NCBI GenBank assembly: GCA_039190005.1
Contig: JBCCYM010000002.1
Coordinates: 10,285 to 74,284, forward strand
Length of the DNA: 64,000 nt
Source of the DNA: Pseudomonadota bacterium
GTDB taxonomy: Bacteria > Pseudomonadota > Gammaproteobacteria > UBA12402
Direction: 5' to 3'
Below, in pieces: positions 62,421 to 64,000 of this stretch (position 1 is the stretch's first letter; the number at the start of each line of letters is the position of its first letter). The translations under genes and the position numbers were made by a program. The notes under the pieces are model-generated. The model saw nothing but the letters and a program-made list of their open reading frames with translations. It ran no database searches and was not told the DNA's origin.

Positions 62421-62490
62421 GTTTATCTCCTTTTATACTATTGATAACTATTATCTTTAAAACCACAGTTGATTGTCAAGTGATGGCGCA

Positions 62491-62783
62491 ACCCTTCGAC
62501 CCTTCAACAGGCTCAGGGCAAGCAAGCTCAACGTATAAGATGGCTGAGCTTGTCGAAGCCAAAGCACGTCCTCGGAAAACTTGTGATGCCCTTCGATGAA
62601 CTCAGGGACCACCCTTCGACAGGCTCAGGGCCCACCCTTTGAACGTCTTTAAGGCATAGATGGCTGAGCTTGTCGAAGCCCAAGCCTGCTTTCGAAAAAC
62701 TTGCTATGCCCTTCGATGAACTCAGGGACTACCCTTCGACAGGCTCAGGGCAAGCAGGCTCAGAGCAAGCAAGCTCAGGGATC
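62491..62783. repeat. Largest mosaic repeat array in the window, alternating family A and family B units (A-B-A'-B-A-A')
   Basis: Unit sequence: cccttcgacccttcaacaggctcagggcaagcaagctca | acgtataagatggctgagcttgtcgaagccaaagcacgtcctcggaaaacttgtgatgcccttcgatgaactcagggacc | acccttcgacaggctcagggccc | ...gcatagatggctgagcttgtcgaagcccaagcctgctttcgaaaaacttgctatgcccttcgatgaactcagggact | acccttcgacaggctcagggcaagcaggctcagagcaagcaagctcaggg. Confidence 0.9.
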
Positions 62784-62797
62784 ACGGGTTTTAAGGA

Positions 62798-63976
62798 TTA
62801 TGATTTAGATTCAGTAATTTCAATCATCCGCTGTAAAGCTTTTTTAGCTTGATCACACAACCATTGCTGACCTTTATCATCCAATCGTTGTCGCTGACCA
62901 GTGAATTCATTCACCACATCACCGGGCTTGACCAGATTATAATCCATAAGTTTGCCTTGACGCAAGAGATCAAGTAGGGCGACTAAATGAGGCGGATCAT
63001 TGCGTGACATGGTAGCGCAACCACAACCCATTGCCTTGATGTCGCTGATTAACGCATCGCCTAAATGCACAATGTCGTAGCCTTTATCGGCTAATTTCAT
63101 CCGCACATTTTTTACCATGTGGTTCTCAGTGCCGATGGCGTATTTCTTGTGTCGCCGTGGACCACGGTCATTGAGGATATAATCCCAGATAAACGCGGTT
63201 GAACCAGCAGCATCGGCAATACTCACCACTTCATGACGACATTCCGGGTGCACAATAACCGTATAATCCCGCGCTCGCCAGTAATCTACCATTGGCGCCC
63301 GTAAAAAAGAATGCACCGCGCAGTGACTGCCAAAAAGAAACAGTGTCGCTTGGTCAAACTGTTTGATTGCTTTGGTATCGAGCGCGTCTATATTGAATTG
63401 CGCTGCTTCATGACCACCCGGTAAATAAGCGATATTATCTTGCTTTATGCCTACCCATTGCGCCACATTTTCACCCATGTACTGATCAGGTATAAAAAGT
63501 ATCTTTTTATTTTGCGTTAACGCCCATTCAAAAACCGCTTTCACATTGGAGCTGGTACACACGGCGCCACCTTGAGCGCCAGTTAAGGCTTTAATTCTGC
63601 CGGAAGTGTTCATATAACAAATTGGCAGTATGTTATCTTCACCATAGCGTTCATTTAGTGCTAATAATACCGGTTCAACCATATCATCTTTCGCATTCAT
63701 TTCCATGGTGCAACCGGCTTTGGGATTGGTAATGTAAACACGTTGATCGGGGTTGGCTAAAATAGCAATCGATTCCGCCATAAAATGTACCGCTGATTCA
63801 ACGACAATCTTTTTCTCCGGATTGAACGCCGCTTTTAAGGCTAATTGATAAGAATCACCCACTTGACCACCAAATTGTTCAATTAAATTAACAATCTCAC
63901 CGCCCATGTAGTAATGCGCCAGAAGTAATAGCGTGTCACCGAAATGGTTTTGTGCCGGTTCAATATACTGTTTCAT
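62798..63976 (-). CDS. nadA: quinolinate synthase A
   Basis: LLLAHYY, VHPECRHEVV..ADAAGST and C-terminal CGCATM (Fe-S Cys ligands). Length 392 aa. Confidence 0.85.
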   Translation of the reverse strand: MKQYIEPAQNHFGDTLLLLAHYYMGGEIVNLIEQFGGQVGDSYQLALKAAFNPEKKIVVESAVHFMAESIAILANPDQRVYITNPKAGCTMEMNAKDDMVEPVLLALNERYGEDNILPICYMNTSGRIKALTGAQGGAVCTSSNVKAVFEWALTQNKKILFIPDQYMGENVAQWVGIKQDNIAYLPGGHEAAQFNIDALDTKAIKQFDQATLFLFGSHCAVHSFLRAPMVDYWRARDYTVIVHPECRHEVVSIADAAGSTAFIWDYILNDRGPRRHKKYAIGTENHMVKNVRMKLADKGYDIVHLGDALISDIKAMGCGCATMSRNDPPHLVALLDLLRQGKLMDYNLVKPGDVVNEFTGQRQRLDDKGQQWLCDQAKKALQRMIEITESKS

Positions 63977-64000
63977 CCACCGAATAACGGTGTCAGGTTC

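Noticed and set aside
62491-62783. Possible CRISPR array, because of regularly recurring GC-rich repeats
   Set aside because: The units are of two different families and of unequal length. The intervening spacers are themselves repeated, not unique. No cas genes or leader are nearby. It is a mosaic REP/NIME-like array, not CRISPR.

Overview
This is a gene-dense chromosomal segment from an AT-rich (roughly 38-40% GC by eye) gammaproteobacterium. Gene content, including a class II Fic protein, an Rpn nuclease, a PmtA-like methyltransferase, hemX-hemY and LPS heptose genes, points to Legionellales/Coxiellaceae. The family is an inference and no database search was possible. Most of the window is tightly packed housekeeping genes. 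In order these are trmH (partial), gloB, yafS-like, rnhA, dnaQ, pepN, fumC, serS, zapD, birA, sodB, hldE, hldD, gmk, fmt, hemY, hemX, rlmB, rnr, mutL, tyrS, accA, tilS, epmA, efp, wrbA and nadA. Five things stand out.

1. A complete shikimate and aromatic amino acid cluster (aroG, pheA, tyrA, aroC, aroB, fused aroD-aroE, aroA, aroK) is preceded by a previously unannotated 38-codon leader ORF carrying 8 Phe codons. This looks like a Phe-sensing attenuator.
2. An Rpn-family (YhgA-like) nuclease gene has a conserved internal in-frame start with its own Shine-Dalgarno sequence. The same small ORF is duplicated downstream as a free-standing gene, an RpnS-like 'gene within a gene' plus an extra copy. 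A roughly 210-bp nested palindromic element sits immediately upstream.
3. A fic (class II, autoinhibited) plus tRNA-Ser module is bracketed by direct copies of a dispersed repeat. Two near-identical 25-bp operator-like palindromes lie at the fic start.
4. A mosaic intergenic repeat system occurs at nine or more loci. GC-rich 'cttcgacaggctcagggcaagcaggctcaggg' units occur in both orientations. A second 'cgtataagatggctgagcttgtcgaagcc' unit accompanies them. Short ATTCYCGC-N4-GCGRGAAT hairpin inverted repeats form miniature inverted-repeat transposable element (MITE)-like or Neisseria intergenic mosaic element (NIME)-like structures.
5. An accessory-looking segment at 58-61.8 kb holds a frameshifted desaturase, a CPBP protease, a Cache-like secreted protein and two tandem secreted paralogs.

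No CRISPR array, rRNA or intact IS element was seen.
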